64,000 nucleotides of DNA, taken from positions 205,186-269,185 of the forward strand of contig CALDOX010000014.1 in the NCBI GenBank assembly GCA_937912005.1, written 5' to 3'. A model generated the notes under the pieces. It had not been told where the DNA came from, did no database searches, and saw only the letters and a list, made by a program, of their open reading frames with translations. This DNA is from an uncultured Alphaproteobacteria bacterium (GTDB lineage Bacteria > Pseudomonadota > Alphaproteobacteria > CAAGCB01 > CAG-977). Position 1 is the stretch's first letter. The number at the start of each line of letters is the position of its first letter. The position numbers and the translations under genes were made by a program. Below, in pieces: positions 30,500-42,002 of this stretch.

Positions 30500-31724
30500 C
30501 GCGCACCTGATATTTGAAAGTGGTTAATTGTTCCAGACCGATCGGGCCTCTGGCGTGCAGACGGCCGGTGGCGATCCCGATTTCCGCGCCCATGCCGAAT
30601 TCGCCGCCGTCGCAGAATTGCGTCGAAGCGTTGTGCATGACAACCGCGCTGTCAACTTCGTTCAGGAATTTTGCCGCTGCCGCATCGTCTTGCGTCAAAA
30701 TGGATTCCGTGTGATGAGAACTGTGCCGCGCGATATGGTCAATCGCTTCGTCAATGCCGGAAACGACGCGTACGGAAACGATCGGCGCCAGATATTCGGT
30801 GTCCCAGTCTTCGTCGACGGCGGGAACGACGCGCGAATCCAAAGCCTGCGTTTTTTCGTCTCCCCTGACTTCGCAGCCTTTGGCAATCAGATCGTCTATA
30901 ACCGCCGGCAGAATCGTTTTTGAAACAGCATCGTCGCATAAAATCGTTTCGGTCGAATTGCATGTTCCCGTTCGGCGCAGTTTTGCGTTCAGAACGACTT
31001 TGCGGCTCAGTTCCTTATCCGCCGCCGTGTGAATGTAAGTGTGGCAAATGCCGTTCAAATGCTTGAACAGCGGGATTTTGCTTTCATCGGTAATGCGTTG
31101 TATCAAAGACTTTCCGCCGCGGGGAACGATGACGTCAATGTATTCGTCCAATTTCAGCATTTCGCCGACGGCGGCGCGGTCGGTCGTCGGGACGGATTGG
31201 ATGCAGTCCTGCGGCAGTCCGGCCTGTTTCAGACCTTCGTGAAGCAACTCGGCGATTTTTGCTGAAGAATGAAAACTGTCGGATCCGCCGCGCAGAATGA
31301 CGGCGTTGCCCGATTTAAAGCATAAAGCGCCGGCATCGGCGGTAACGTTCGGACGACTTTCGTAAATGACGCCGATAACCCCCAGAGGAACGGCGACGCG
31401 TGTGATGACCAATCCGTTCGGACGCGTCCATTCCGCCAGTTTGCGGCCGACGGGGTCAGGCAGGGCGGCAATATCGTCCAAACCTTTGGCAATTCCTTCA
31501 ATGCGTTCCGGCGTCAACAGCAGGCGGTCGCGCATCGCGGCGGACGTTTCGGGCGATAAAGCGTCCATATCGGCTTTGTTTGCCGCCAGTATTTCATCAG
31601 CGTGTTCGCGAATCAGCCTTGCCGCAGCTTTCAGCGCCGCATCCTTTTGTTCGCGCGTTGCGCTTGCCAGAATACGGGCGGCCGCTTTGGCCTTTTGTCC
31701 CATGGAACGCATCAGTTCTTTCAT
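30477..31724 (-). CDS. proA: gamma-glutamyl phosphate reductase
   Basis: Aldehyde dehydrogenase fold with ProA signature residues; forms an operon with proB. Confidence 0.9.
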   Translation of the reverse strand: MKELMRSMGQKAKAAARILASATREQKDAALKAAARLIREHADEILAANKADMDALSPETSAAMRDRLLLTPERIEGIAKGLDDIAALPDPVGRKLAEWTRPNGLVITRVAVPLGVIGVIYESRPNVTADAGALCFKSGNAVILRGGSDSFHSSAKIAELLHEGLKQAGLPQDCIQSVPTTDRAAVGEMLKLDEYIDVIVPRGGKSLIQRITDESKIPLFKHLNGICHTYIHTAADKELSRKVVLNAKLRRTGTCNSTETILCDDAVSKTILPAVIDDLIAKGCEVRGDEKTQALDSRVVPAVDEDWDTEYLAPIVSVRVVSGIDEAIDHIARHSSHHTESILTQDDAAAAKFLNEVDSAVVMHNASTQFCDGGEFGMGAEIGIATGRLHARGPIGLEQLTTFKYQVRGAGQIRP

Positions 31725-31726
31725 TG

Positions 31727-33974
<2,248 letters not shown>

Positions 33975-34229
33975 TTATTCCGTAACAACAGAAACATAAA
34001 CTCTGTCATCGGCTTTGCGTGTAAAGGCGACACGGCCTTCCGCTGTGGCAAAAATCGTGTGATCACGGCCCAAACCGACATTTTCACCGGTGCGATATCT
34101 GGTTCCGCGTTGACGGACAATGATATTGCCCGGAATAACCGCCTGACCGCCGGATTTTTTCAAACCCAAACGTTTGCTTTCGGAATCGCGTCCGTTTCTG
34201 GTGCTGCCGCCTGCTTTCTTATGAGCCAT
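33975..34229 (-). CDS. rpmA: 50S ribosomal protein L27
   Basis: [16 protein letters not shown] signature. Confidence 0.95.
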   Translation of the reverse strand: MAHKKAGGSTRNGRDSESKRLGLKKSGGQAVIPGNIIVRQRGTRYRTGENVGLGRDHTIFATAEGRVAFTRKADDRVYVSVVTE

Positions 34230-34259
34230 AGTAAATCTCCTTACCTTTGAAAAATTTAA

Positions 34260-34559
34260 CTATTCAGCGATATCCGTGATCTTGACGATCGAGATATACT
34301 GACGATGACCGTTTTTACGGCGATAGCCCTGACGACGTTTTTTCTTGAAAACGATAACCGTATCGTCACGGGTCTGCTTGACGACTTTAGCGGAAACTTT
34401 GGCACCGGCAACCGTCGGCGTGCCGATTTTTTCATCTAAAGCAAGCACATTGTCAAATGTCACAGTGGAGCCGACTTCCGCGTTGAGCTTTTCAACTACG
34501 ATTACATCGTCTTTTGCGACCTTATATTGCTTGCCGCCTGTCTTAATAACTGCGAACAT
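34260..34559 (-). CDS. rplU: 50S ribosomal protein L21
   Basis: [14 protein letters not shown] signature. Confidence 0.95.
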   Translation of the reverse strand: MFAVIKTGGKQYKVAKDDVIVVEKLNAEVGSTVTFDNVLALDEKIGTPTVAGAKVSAKVVKQTRDDTVIVFKKKRRQGYRRKNGHRQYISIVKITDIAE

Positions 34560-34675
34560 TTCATCACCATCTTAGAAAATCTATACCGAAAGCGGAATCG
34601 CTTCCGCTTTAAAGAGAGCTTTTTATAGCCAGAAATTTAAGGATTTGTCAACAGGATATTTGCTTTTTTCCATAT

Positions 34676-35587
34676 TTATTTTCTGTCGGGATGGATTTGC
34701 AGGGCAAATTTTTGAGCCAAACGGGAAAACGGCAAAGATTGTACCCAGACTTTACCGGGGCCGCGCAATATAGCAAAAAACACACCTGAACCGCCAAAAA
34801 CCTGCGATTTCAGATTGCCTGTGGACTGAATGTCAAAATAAACGGAAGGCTGAAAAGCGACCAAACAACCGACATCTACCTGTATGACTTCATATTGATC
34901 CAACTCAATTTCTGCAATGGATCCGCCGGCATGAATGAAAACGACTCCGTTTCCTGTCAGCCGCTGCATAATAAAACCGCCGCCGCCGAACAGAGCGGTC
35001 AGAATCTTTTTCTGAAAATAAATGCCGATTTCAACATCGGATTGAGCACATAAAAAGCTGTCCTTTTGACAAATGATTTCTCCGCCGAAACTGCTTAGAG
35101 AAACGGGAATGATTTTTCCGGGATACGGAGCGGAAAAAGCAACTCGGGCGCTTTTCCGATCGGATTCGTTTGAAAAAACGGAAAGAAAAGCCCTTTCGCC
35201 GGATAAAACGCGTTTCCCAGCCCCCATCATACGGCCGAGAAAACCTTTATTCTTATTGCCGCTGAGCTGTGCTTCCAACGTAACGTCATTGTCTTTGTAA
35301 ATCATGGATCCCGGTTCGGCAATTACGGATTCCTGTGGAGCGAGGTCAATTTCAACATATTGCATATCATCCCCATGGACTTGGAACGACAAGCCGGAAT
35401 CAAAGTAAGCCGTTGTCGGCGGGGGAATGTCCGAAACAGCGTTTAAAACAGAAAATTTATTTGCAGGCATCCAACCGGCCATTCCTTCACGCCAAACCAA
35501 GCTGTTTTGATGCTGATGAATAAAATCAATCGTTTCTTCTGTAGAGAATGGGCCATATTGGCGTGTGTTGAATAAACAATACCACAT
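34676..35587 (-). CDS. TIGR00266/AIM24-like protein with N-terminal DUF4339-like (GYF-like) domain
   Basis: N-terminal W...GW motif domain; C-terminal AIM24-like Gly-rich beta region. Confidence 0.5.
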   Translation of the reverse strand: MWYCLFNTRQYGPFSTEETIDFIHQHQNSLVWREGMAGWMPANKFSVLNAVSDIPPPTTAYFDSGLSFQVHGDDMQYVEIDLAPQESVIAEPGSMIYKDNDVTLEAQLSGNKNKGFLGRMMGAGKRVLSGERAFLSVFSNESDRKSARVAFSAPYPGKIIPVSLSSFGGEIICQKDSFLCAQSDVEIGIYFQKKILTALFGGGGFIMQRLTGNGVVFIHAGGSIAEIELDQYEVIQVDVGCLVAFQPSVYFDIQSTGNLKSQVFGGSGVFFAILRGPGKVWVQSLPFSRLAQKFALQIHPDRK

Positions 35588-35611
35588 CGAAAGAGAGCTC
35601 CTTTTATTGTT

Positions 35612-36835
35612 TTAATATTTCCGCAACAGCGTCGTGCCGACACGTCTGTTGCGGGGATTTCTGGCGATCAAATGCTCGATATAACGTCCCTGGAACAAAG
35701 TGATGTTATATTGTTTTGCAATTTTAAGAGCCTCTTCGTCATCAATGCGGCAGAGAATGGCTCTGTTGGATCCGATGTTTAACAGTTGATCGGTCAGCTC
35801 CGGGTCTTCTTTTAGGGCAAGCGGCAAATCAGAAGACCACGCCAGCTTTAAATAGTCTGCGGCCAGTCTTTCTCTGTCGATAAATTTCAAAGTATTCAGC
35901 GTCACGCCGTCGATACAAATCTTATATCCCAGATTTTGCGCATAATCCCGAGCCATAAGATAGGATTTTAAGTCGCTGAAAATGTCAATCGGCTGCAGTT
36001 CCAATACGATCGTATTTTTAAAATTGGATAGAATATTGTTGTCAAAATCCCGAAATTCTTCCGAAAGAATGGTTGATATATTCAGATTTAAGGAAAAAGA
36101 TTGACGAAAAGCTCCGTCATCATGCCGCGATACGCTGTTTAAAACGCGCTTGTCCAACGTTTCCGTTAAATCTTGAAACAGCCATGGCGTAGCGGTTAAG
36201 GAAACGCCGGGAAGAATGGATTCGCCTAAATCTGTAATGGAAACAAATACTTCTTCAAACAAAGGCTGAGGATACGCTTCATCAAAAACGATGCAAACGG
36301 ATTGGCGGCGCATCATATTTGAAAAGTCGGTATTCAGCAAAGCTTTTGAAACGCGCGCCAACATTTCCGGCGTGAACAGTTTTTCGTTTTTATCAAAGAC
36401 CAGCGGCGCAACGAATTTTTTGCGTTCTTTTTTTTCTTGAACCGCTCGGGAAGGACCTTTGCCGATTCTTGAAATTTCGTGTTTCAGTGCGTCCGCTTCC
36501 AGTGGCAGTTTATAGCGTCTTTCCAGCAATTGATCCGCTTTTGACGTTTGGGGATCATTTGAAAAATGAAGCCACGCGCGCATTAAAGCAGCTTTGATGA
36601 AATTTTCGTTGAGTTTAGGATTATAAACGATAAAAATATCGTCGTTTTTTAAACAAAAAGCTTGTCCGTTCAATTCCAGCGTTTCATAAAAGCCTCGCAG
36701 AATCGTCGTAAGAATGCCGTCATCGCGCAAAGCTTCTTCAATCAGGGATATTTTCAGCTGCAGAACCGTTGCTTCTTTATTCGAGGATAAAAAAGAGAAT
36801 AAATAACTGCGGAGTTTTTCTTCCTGATTAATCAT
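35612..36835 (-). CDS. degenerate EAL-like domain protein (paralog A)
   Basis: C-terminal half shows an EAL-like skeleton lacking catalytic residues (NLNISTIL..., IDGV..., ...EEALKIAKQYNITLFQGRYI); paralog of the next gene. Confidence 0.4.
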   Translation of the reverse strand: MINQEEKLRSYLFSFLSSNKEATVLQLKISLIEEALRDDGILTTILRGFYETLELNGQAFCLKNDDIFIVYNPKLNENFIKAALMRAWLHFSNDPQTSKADQLLERRYKLPLEADALKHEISRIGKGPSRAVQEKKERKKFVAPLVFDKNEKLFTPEMLARVSKALLNTDFSNMMRRQSVCIVFDEAYPQPLFEEVFVSITDLGESILPGVSLTATPWLFQDLTETLDKRVLNSVSRHDDGAFRQSFSLNLNISTILSEEFRDFDNNILSNFKNTIVLELQPIDIFSDLKSYLMARDYAQNLGYKICIDGVTLNTLKFIDRERLAADYLKLAWSSDLPLALKEDPELTDQLLNIGSNRAILCRIDDEEALKIAKQYNITLFQGRYIEHLIARNPRNRRVGTTLLRKY

Positions 36836-38112
36836 ACGCTTTTTTTCCTTTTATATTCGATCGGCAAATCGAGATTGGCGGGCATCAGACATCCGGCGCG
36901 TTGGGCGCCGGCAATGCCGGCTTTTCTGGAAACGCATTGCTCTTTTGTGCAGTTTTTCTTGTTCGGGCAGCTTTTTCTGATTTTAGCCGCCGTTAAAGCG
37001 TCAATGAAATAACCTTGAAAACGGGTGATTTTGTGCATTAAAGCCCAGGCTAAAGCCATTTCGTCTTCACATCTCATTAAAATCAGGCGGTCGGGATCTA
37101 TTCCTTTAAGCTTTTCCGTCAGCTTTGCGGATTCGCCTTCTTTCGTTAAAGCAGGAGACCAGTTCAGCTTCATTAAATCGGAATCCAGTATTTTCATATC
37201 CATAAATTCAAATGAAATAGGATGTAACCCGTCGATTAAAATTTGATGTCCCGCTTCATGCAATAAATCCCGAGCAACAATATAATTTTTAGTGTTTTGT
37301 ATAATATCCATCAGTTGTACTTCAACGATGACAGACATGTTTTCGGGCATTTCGGCTAAGAATTGTTCAAATGCCGGCGTAAAGATAGTGGCTATATTCA
37401 AGTTTAAAGAAATGTTTTTCGGCGTATGAGCGAATAATTCTTTAAAGATGCCCAACATTCTTTTATCCAGCGTTTCACTCAGATGTTGGAAAAGCCACCT
37501 GTTCGATAAAACGTTCACATCCGGCGCAATCGCTTTTTTCAGGTCTGCCATTGAAGTGAAATATTCCAAAAACAAGGAGGATAATTTTCCTTGAGGCGTG
37601 ATTTGAATTGCTTCCTGTCGCCGGATAATTTTTAAAATGTTAAATCCCTGTATATTGCGCAAAATAGCGTCCAAATGTTCGGGCGCTAGAGGGATTTCTT
37701 TTCGCTTTGTTTGCTGTGATTGATAAAAATCCGATTCGCATTTTTTTGCGTAGTCCATTATTAGATCAAAATCTCTGCCGAGAGGAACAGCTTTAACGAA
37801 ATCTCCGGGATGCGCGGCAGCAAAAGAATCAGATTGAAAAATACGGCGAATTGAAGCGGCGGCTTCATTAATCATTTGAGGCAAAATATTTTGTCCGACA
37901 ACAACAATATCATTGTTGGATAAAACAAACAAACTAGACTGCGACTTGATAACCATATCATTCAAGGCGGTCAGTGTCATTTTAACCTGATTTTGAGATC
38001 TGTTCGCCGGATTTAAAGCGGATAATCTGACCAGCAAAGCCGTGCATCCCGCTTTCATATGCTCAATGCGCTTGAGCATATCAATCAATTGCTGTTCTGC
38101 CGCCGTAGCCAC
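36832..38112 (-). CDS. degenerate EAL-like domain protein (paralog B) with Cys-rich C-terminus
   Basis: Same architecture as 35612-36835 (NLNIATIF, IDGLHP, CEDEMALAWALMHKITRFQGYFI); 4-nt start/stop overlap with paralog A. Confidence 0.4.
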   Translation of the reverse strand: MATAAEQQLIDMLKRIEHMKAGCTALLVRLSALNPANRSQNQVKMTLTALNDMVIKSQSSLFVLSNNDIVVVGQNILPQMINEAAASIRRIFQSDSFAAAHPGDFVKAVPLGRDFDLIMDYAKKCESDFYQSQQTKRKEIPLAPEHLDAILRNIQGFNILKIIRRQEAIQITPQGKLSSLFLEYFTSMADLKKAIAPDVNVLSNRWLFQHLSETLDKRMLGIFKELFAHTPKNISLNLNIATIFTPAFEQFLAEMPENMSVIVEVQLMDIIQNTKNYIVARDLLHEAGHQILIDGLHPISFEFMDMKILDSDLMKLNWSPALTKEGESAKLTEKLKGIDPDRLILMRCEDEMALAWALMHKITRFQGYFIDALTAAKIRKSCPNKKNCTKEQCVSRKAGIAGAQRAGCLMPANLDLPIEYKRKKSV

Positions 38113-38150
38113 AGTTAAAAAAATCCTTTCTGTATTTTTTTAAAGATTCT

Positions 38151-39272
38151 CTATTTCAGGTATAAATGAACTTCCGTTGTTTTAACGGAAGCGTTGCTCG
38201 TTTTTGAAGAATAAATGCGGCCGGCCGGTAATCCCATGGCCAATAAAGATTCCCGAACTGCCTCCGCGTTTTTGACGGCTTCCGTAACGGCGGAAACGGT
38301 GTCGGACGGACTGACGGCTACGATCTCAAACTTTGTGCTCGGACGTTTGTCCAAAGCGGCCTTAACCGCTTTGTATAAAGCTTGTTCATAGTCAATTTTG
38401 CTTTTGTCAAAACGGATAACCATTAAAGGCCGGCGTCCTGTTAAATCGGCGTTTGGCAAATCGACCGCCGAAGAGATATACGCTGGCATGGACGGCTGTA
38501 AAGCTGCGGCTGAAGTCTGCTGCCGGGTGTTGGCGGAAAGTGTGCCGTATTGGATATCTGTGCTTAATCCGTTGATGTTTTGACTTTCCGAGTTGAAATA
38601 CTGTTGCTGACGGGTAATTTGTAAAGATAAATCCGAGCTTAAACGGTTTGAAGAAACGATTGTTTGATTGGCTTCATCTTCCAGCATTCTGAGGTTTTCG
38701 TGATCGATTTCCAGCGCGCCGGGAATTAAAAACGTTTCGCGGATTGTTTCCAGCAGAGCATCCAATTCATTTTTAGTTCTGATGGTTTCGCTGGATAATT
38801 TTGCCGTTTCAGCCATATTTTTATCCGATCCTGTCAACAAAGCGGAAGCTTGTTTCCACATTTCCGTCAGTTCGGGATTGCCCGGTGTCGTTCCGTTCTG
38901 CAAACGGGCGCGTATACGGGCGACATATTCATAATAACGGCTCGATTCTTCCATACTTTTTGTTTTTAATTCGCGGAAGGTATCCGTGTCTTTTTTGATG
39001 TTTTTCTGAATTTGGCGCAGCTTTGTTTCAATCGCGGCGACCTTTTTGCTGACTTCCGAAACGATTTGAGTGTTGGAAGCATATCCGGAAGGAGCTGTAA
39101 TTTCTTTGCGGATATCGACGTTCTTTTCGGCGGAGGACGTTTGTTCCGTTTTAGGGGCCTCCATTGAAAAATCATCGTCATAATAATTGTCCGCCGACTG
39201 ATCGGAAGATGAAATGCAGCCGGTGAGGGTCAGGAAGACGACGGCTAAAGAGAGGTGTTTCAGAATAGACAT
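38151..39272 (-). CDS. coiled-coil lipoprotein with possible OmpA-like C-terminal domain
   Basis: Signal peptide with lipobox LTGC, coiled coils, weak OmpA-C-like tail. Confidence 0.45.
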   Translation of the reverse strand: MSILKHLSLAVVFLTLTGCISSSDQSADNYYDDDFSMEAPKTEQTSSAEKNVDIRKEITAPSGYASNTQIVSEVSKKVAAIETKLRQIQKNIKKDTDTFRELKTKSMEESSRYYEYVARIRARLQNGTTPGNPELTEMWKQASALLTGSDKNMAETAKLSSETIRTKNELDALLETIRETFLIPGALEIDHENLRMLEDEANQTIVSSNRLSSDLSLQITRQQQYFNSESQNINGLSTDIQYGTLSANTRQQTSAAALQPSMPAYISSAVDLPNADLTGRRPLMVIRFDKSKIDYEQALYKAVKAALDKRPSTKFEIVAVSPSDTVSAVTEAVKNAEAVRESLLAMGLPAGRIYSSKTSNASVKTTEVHLYLK

Positions 39273-39473
39273 GTTTTTGAATACCTTAAAATGTTTAAGA
39301 AAACTGCGCAATTTTCCATACCGTGTTTTATGGATATAAAAAACGGCATCCTCTAGAATGTACCGAGAAATAGCACTTTTGCAAGAAATTTTATCATAAA
39401 TATAAATTTGTTGCATTTTTATAAAAAAAGTCTTGCAAGAAGTTTATGGCAGAGGTATATAGAACTTGCTTAT

Positions 39474-39550
39474 GCGCCCATAGCTCAACTGGATAGAGCA
39501 TCTGACTACGGATCAGAAGGCTGAGAGTTCGAATCTTTCTGGGCGCGCCA
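39474..39550 (+). tRNA. tRNA-Arg(ACG)
   Basis: GCGCCCA acceptor, anticodon loop CTACGGA (ACG), T-loop GTTCGAATC, CCA end. Confidence 0.9.
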
Positions 39551-39553
39551 ATC

Positions 39554-39581
39554 AAAACCCGCAGAATACTGCGGGTTTTTT
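39554..39581 (+). terminator. rho-independent terminator after tRNA-Arg
   Basis: aaaacccgcag-aatact-gcgggtttttt. Confidence 0.7.
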
Positions 39582-39616
39582 GTTGTCCAGAGAAATGACA
39601 GCTCTTCATAAAAATC

Positions 39617-39660
39617 GGTTTTTCTAACATTTTTCTAACAAAAAAATTTTTTCTAACATT
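39617..39660. repeat. three direct repeats of TTTCTAACA (candidate recombinase arm-type site or iteron)
   Basis: tttctaaca at 39621, 39632 and 39650, just inside the island junction. Confidence 0.4.
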
Positions 39661-39879
39661 CGAGAATAAGAAAATTTAAGCTCAAAACGCATCTTTTCTG
39701 ACCTCGGAATAAGGGAAAAATCGGAAATATCGGAAAAATTGTTCCGACAATCCAACATTTCTGCGTCTTTTTTCAGAGTCGTTCTTCGGGAAAAATATGG
39801 AAAAATGGGAAATATTGTTCAGGCATAAAGAAAAGGCGCATCCGAACGGACACGCCTTTGTCTGTTTTTGAAACCGGTT

Positions 39880-40053
39880 TTAGTTCAATGCGTCTTTCAA
39901 ACCTTTACCCGCTTTGAATTTCGGCTGTTTGGAAGCAGGGATTTTAATCGTTTCGCCTGTACGCGGATTGCGACCTTCCGTCGCTTTTTCAGAATCAACT
40001 TTCGTCAAACCGGTGTTCTTCGCGATTTCAGCCACTAATTCTGCTTTGTTCAT
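39880..40053 (-). CDS. HU-family DNA-binding protein remnant (internal deletion, 57 aa)
   Basis: [18 protein letters not shown]...[31 protein letters not shown] matches the HU N- and C-terminal segments but lacks ~33 central residues; AGGAG RBS present. Confidence 0.55.
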   Translation of the reverse strand: MNKAELVAEIAKNTGLTKVDSEKATEGRNPRTGETIKIPASKQPKFKAGKGLKDALN

Positions 40054-40089
40054 AATGCAACTCCTTAAAAATATAAACAGAAGCACAGA

Positions 40090-40434
40090 TTATCCCGTTT
40101 CAAGCCCTTTCGCAAAGTCTTTTCGTGTTTCCACGTCAAAAATATCCTGAAACGCTATCTTGGTTTTAACGACCGTCAGCGTTTGGAACGTAAGGTCAAT
40201 ATCAGTAATCATACCCGTCTTTGTGATGTAAGCGTCCTTGTCGTAATACGTTACGGAAACAAGGTCGTGTCGCCGAAGGCTCTTTAACTTTTCGGACAAG
40301 GCTTCCGTTTCATCTTCGGACAGTTCTTTTTTCGGTTCCGAAACGCGCTGTTTTTCCAATATCATTTGGTAATACTCGGTCAAAGCGTTGAATGGCAGAA
40401 ATTGACGGGCGCGTTCCTCTTTACTCGCCGCCAT
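40090..40434 (-). CDS. YolD-like protein (UmuD-analogue accessory of Y-family polymerases)
   Basis: Size (~114 aa) and sequence pattern of the YolD-like family; start overlaps the polymerase stop (ATGGCGGCGAGTAA). Confidence 0.55.
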   Translation of the reverse strand: MAASKEERARQFLPFNALTEYYQMILEKQRVSEPKKELSEDETEALSEKLKSLRRHDLVSVTYYDKDAYITKTGMITDIDLTFQTLTVVKTKIAFQDIFDVETRKDFAKGLETG

Positions 40435-41689
40435 TGTGTCCTCCGATCAACTTGTTTCGCACACGCGCCGTCGCTTTGTCCGTATAACTCATTCCTCGAA
40501 GCAAAGCGTTTTTCCCGAATTTTTGCTTGATCGCCAAGACAGCCTCTTGCATTTTCCTCTCTTTCTCGTCTTCTCCCTTTTTGGAAAACAAATCCGGCTG
40601 TAATGCCGCGTGATCTTCGTCAACAATGTTCAGAAAACAGATGGACAGTTTGCGAATGGGGGCTGTCCGGCGCGTCGTTCGGCGATAAATGCTTTCAAAC
40701 TCTTTGACGAGCTTATCATAAGAGGACGTCTGTTCGGACAGCCGCTCCGAGCCGCCGGTTGACGGCGCAACATCGCGGGATTATCCGACCCCCAGAGAGA
40801 TGCCGGAAGCGACCATATGCTTTTCAATCAGTTCGAGGGAAAGCATATCGACCATTTCTTTCAGGCAAATCAAAGCGTCTTCAAACGTGTAATCGGAAAA
40901 CAGGATTTGACTGTTCGATAAGGAGTTCGTCTTGGATTTATAAGCGTGAATATCCCTGATTTCGCAAGGCTCCCGCCCGTGCGCGTGGTCGATCAGAAAC
41001 TCCGCATTGATGCCGAACTCTTTATACAAAAGCCGTTCGTCGCAATGGGCGACGCCGTAAAGATCGTAAATTCCGTATTTTTCCAATCGGAAGGCTATTC
41101 CTCTCCCGATATTCCAAATATCCGTTATCGGACGGTGATGCCACAGCGTCTGCTCAAACGCTGGAATATCCAAATATCCGATATGGTCGGGAATGTGCTT
41201 AGCCGTTATATCCAAAGCGACTTTCGCCAGAAAAAGGTTCGTTCCGATTCCCGCCGTCGCGCAGATTCCGGTTCGCTCCATTACGGCGTTCATCAGCATT
41301 ACAGCCATTTCTTTCGGCGTTTTATGATAAATGTGCAGATAATTGGTCGCGTCAATGAACACTTCGTCAATCGAATACGGGTGAATGTCGTCCGGGGCGA
41401 CAAAGTTCAGATAAGTGCCGTAAATGTCCGCGGACACTTCCATATACCGTTTCATACGAGGCAGAGCTGTAATGTATCGGACGTTTTTCGGAATTTCAAA
41501 AATGCGGCAACGGTTATGTATTCCCAAATCTTTCATCGCCGGAGTGATCGCCAGACAGATTCCGCCGCGTCCCCGCGCGGGATCGGCAACGACAAGGTTC
41601 GTCTTAAACGGATCAAGACCGCGTTCCACGCATTCCACGGACGCGTAAAAAGATTTCAGGTCGATACACAAATAAGTCTTGTCCGGCAT
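40421..41689 (-). pseudogene. Y-family DNA polymerase (UmuC/UvrX-like) interrupted by one in-frame TAA at 40781-40783
   Basis: N-terminal 302 aa carry Y-family palm/finger motifs (LCIDLKSFYASVE, FIDATN). The same frame continues past the TAA to the characteristic C-terminus KQKFGKNALLRGMSYTDKATARVRNKLIGGHN. Confidence 0.7.
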
Positions 41690-41735
41690 ATTTTCCTCCG
41701 AATCTGACGGTATCAGATTCGTCGGTCAGAAACAA

Positions 41736-41750
41736 GAACAAAAAGAGAAC
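41736..41750. promoter_or_regulatory. alphaproteobacterial LexA box GAAC-N7-GAAC upstream of the polymerase-yolD operon
   Basis: gaacaaaaagagaac about 47 bp upstream of the polymerase start codon on the minus strand. Confidence 0.45.
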
Positions 41751-41775
41751 AATTGTATTTTAAGCCTTGATTTTC

Positions 41776-42002
41776 TCTTGATTGTCAATTCCCTCCGCCT
41801 AACGGAAGAAAAACGGTTTCCCCGACTTTCGCTCCAGTGTCGTTGCAAGCCGAGGGCGATACCCCTCCGTTTTTCTTGGAATGACAATCGCTTTCTTCTC
41901 TCCGACGAAGCACCTCGAAAGGGTTTCAGGCGCGATGCCAAAAACCCTTTAACAAGTGCTTTTTACAGAGAAGGAGCTTTCAATATGACTGATAAATTCG
42001 AC
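41776..42002 (+). repeat. structured leader repeat copy 1 (long imperfect hairpin 41778-41889, second hairpin 41918-41950, RBS, first 6 codons of ardC)
   Basis: About 90% identical to 45482-45706; arms TTGATTGTCAATTCC / GGAATGACAATCG; aaagggttt...aaaccctt hairpin. Confidence 0.7.

Noticed and set aside
41726-41941. Minus-strand small ORFs 41726-41941 and 45418-45645 sharing the N-terminus MASRLKPFRGASSERRKRLSFQEKRRGI
   Set aside because: They lie entirely within the two copies of the structured leader repeat. The identical N-termini are a consequence of the DNA repeat, not evidence of a gene family.
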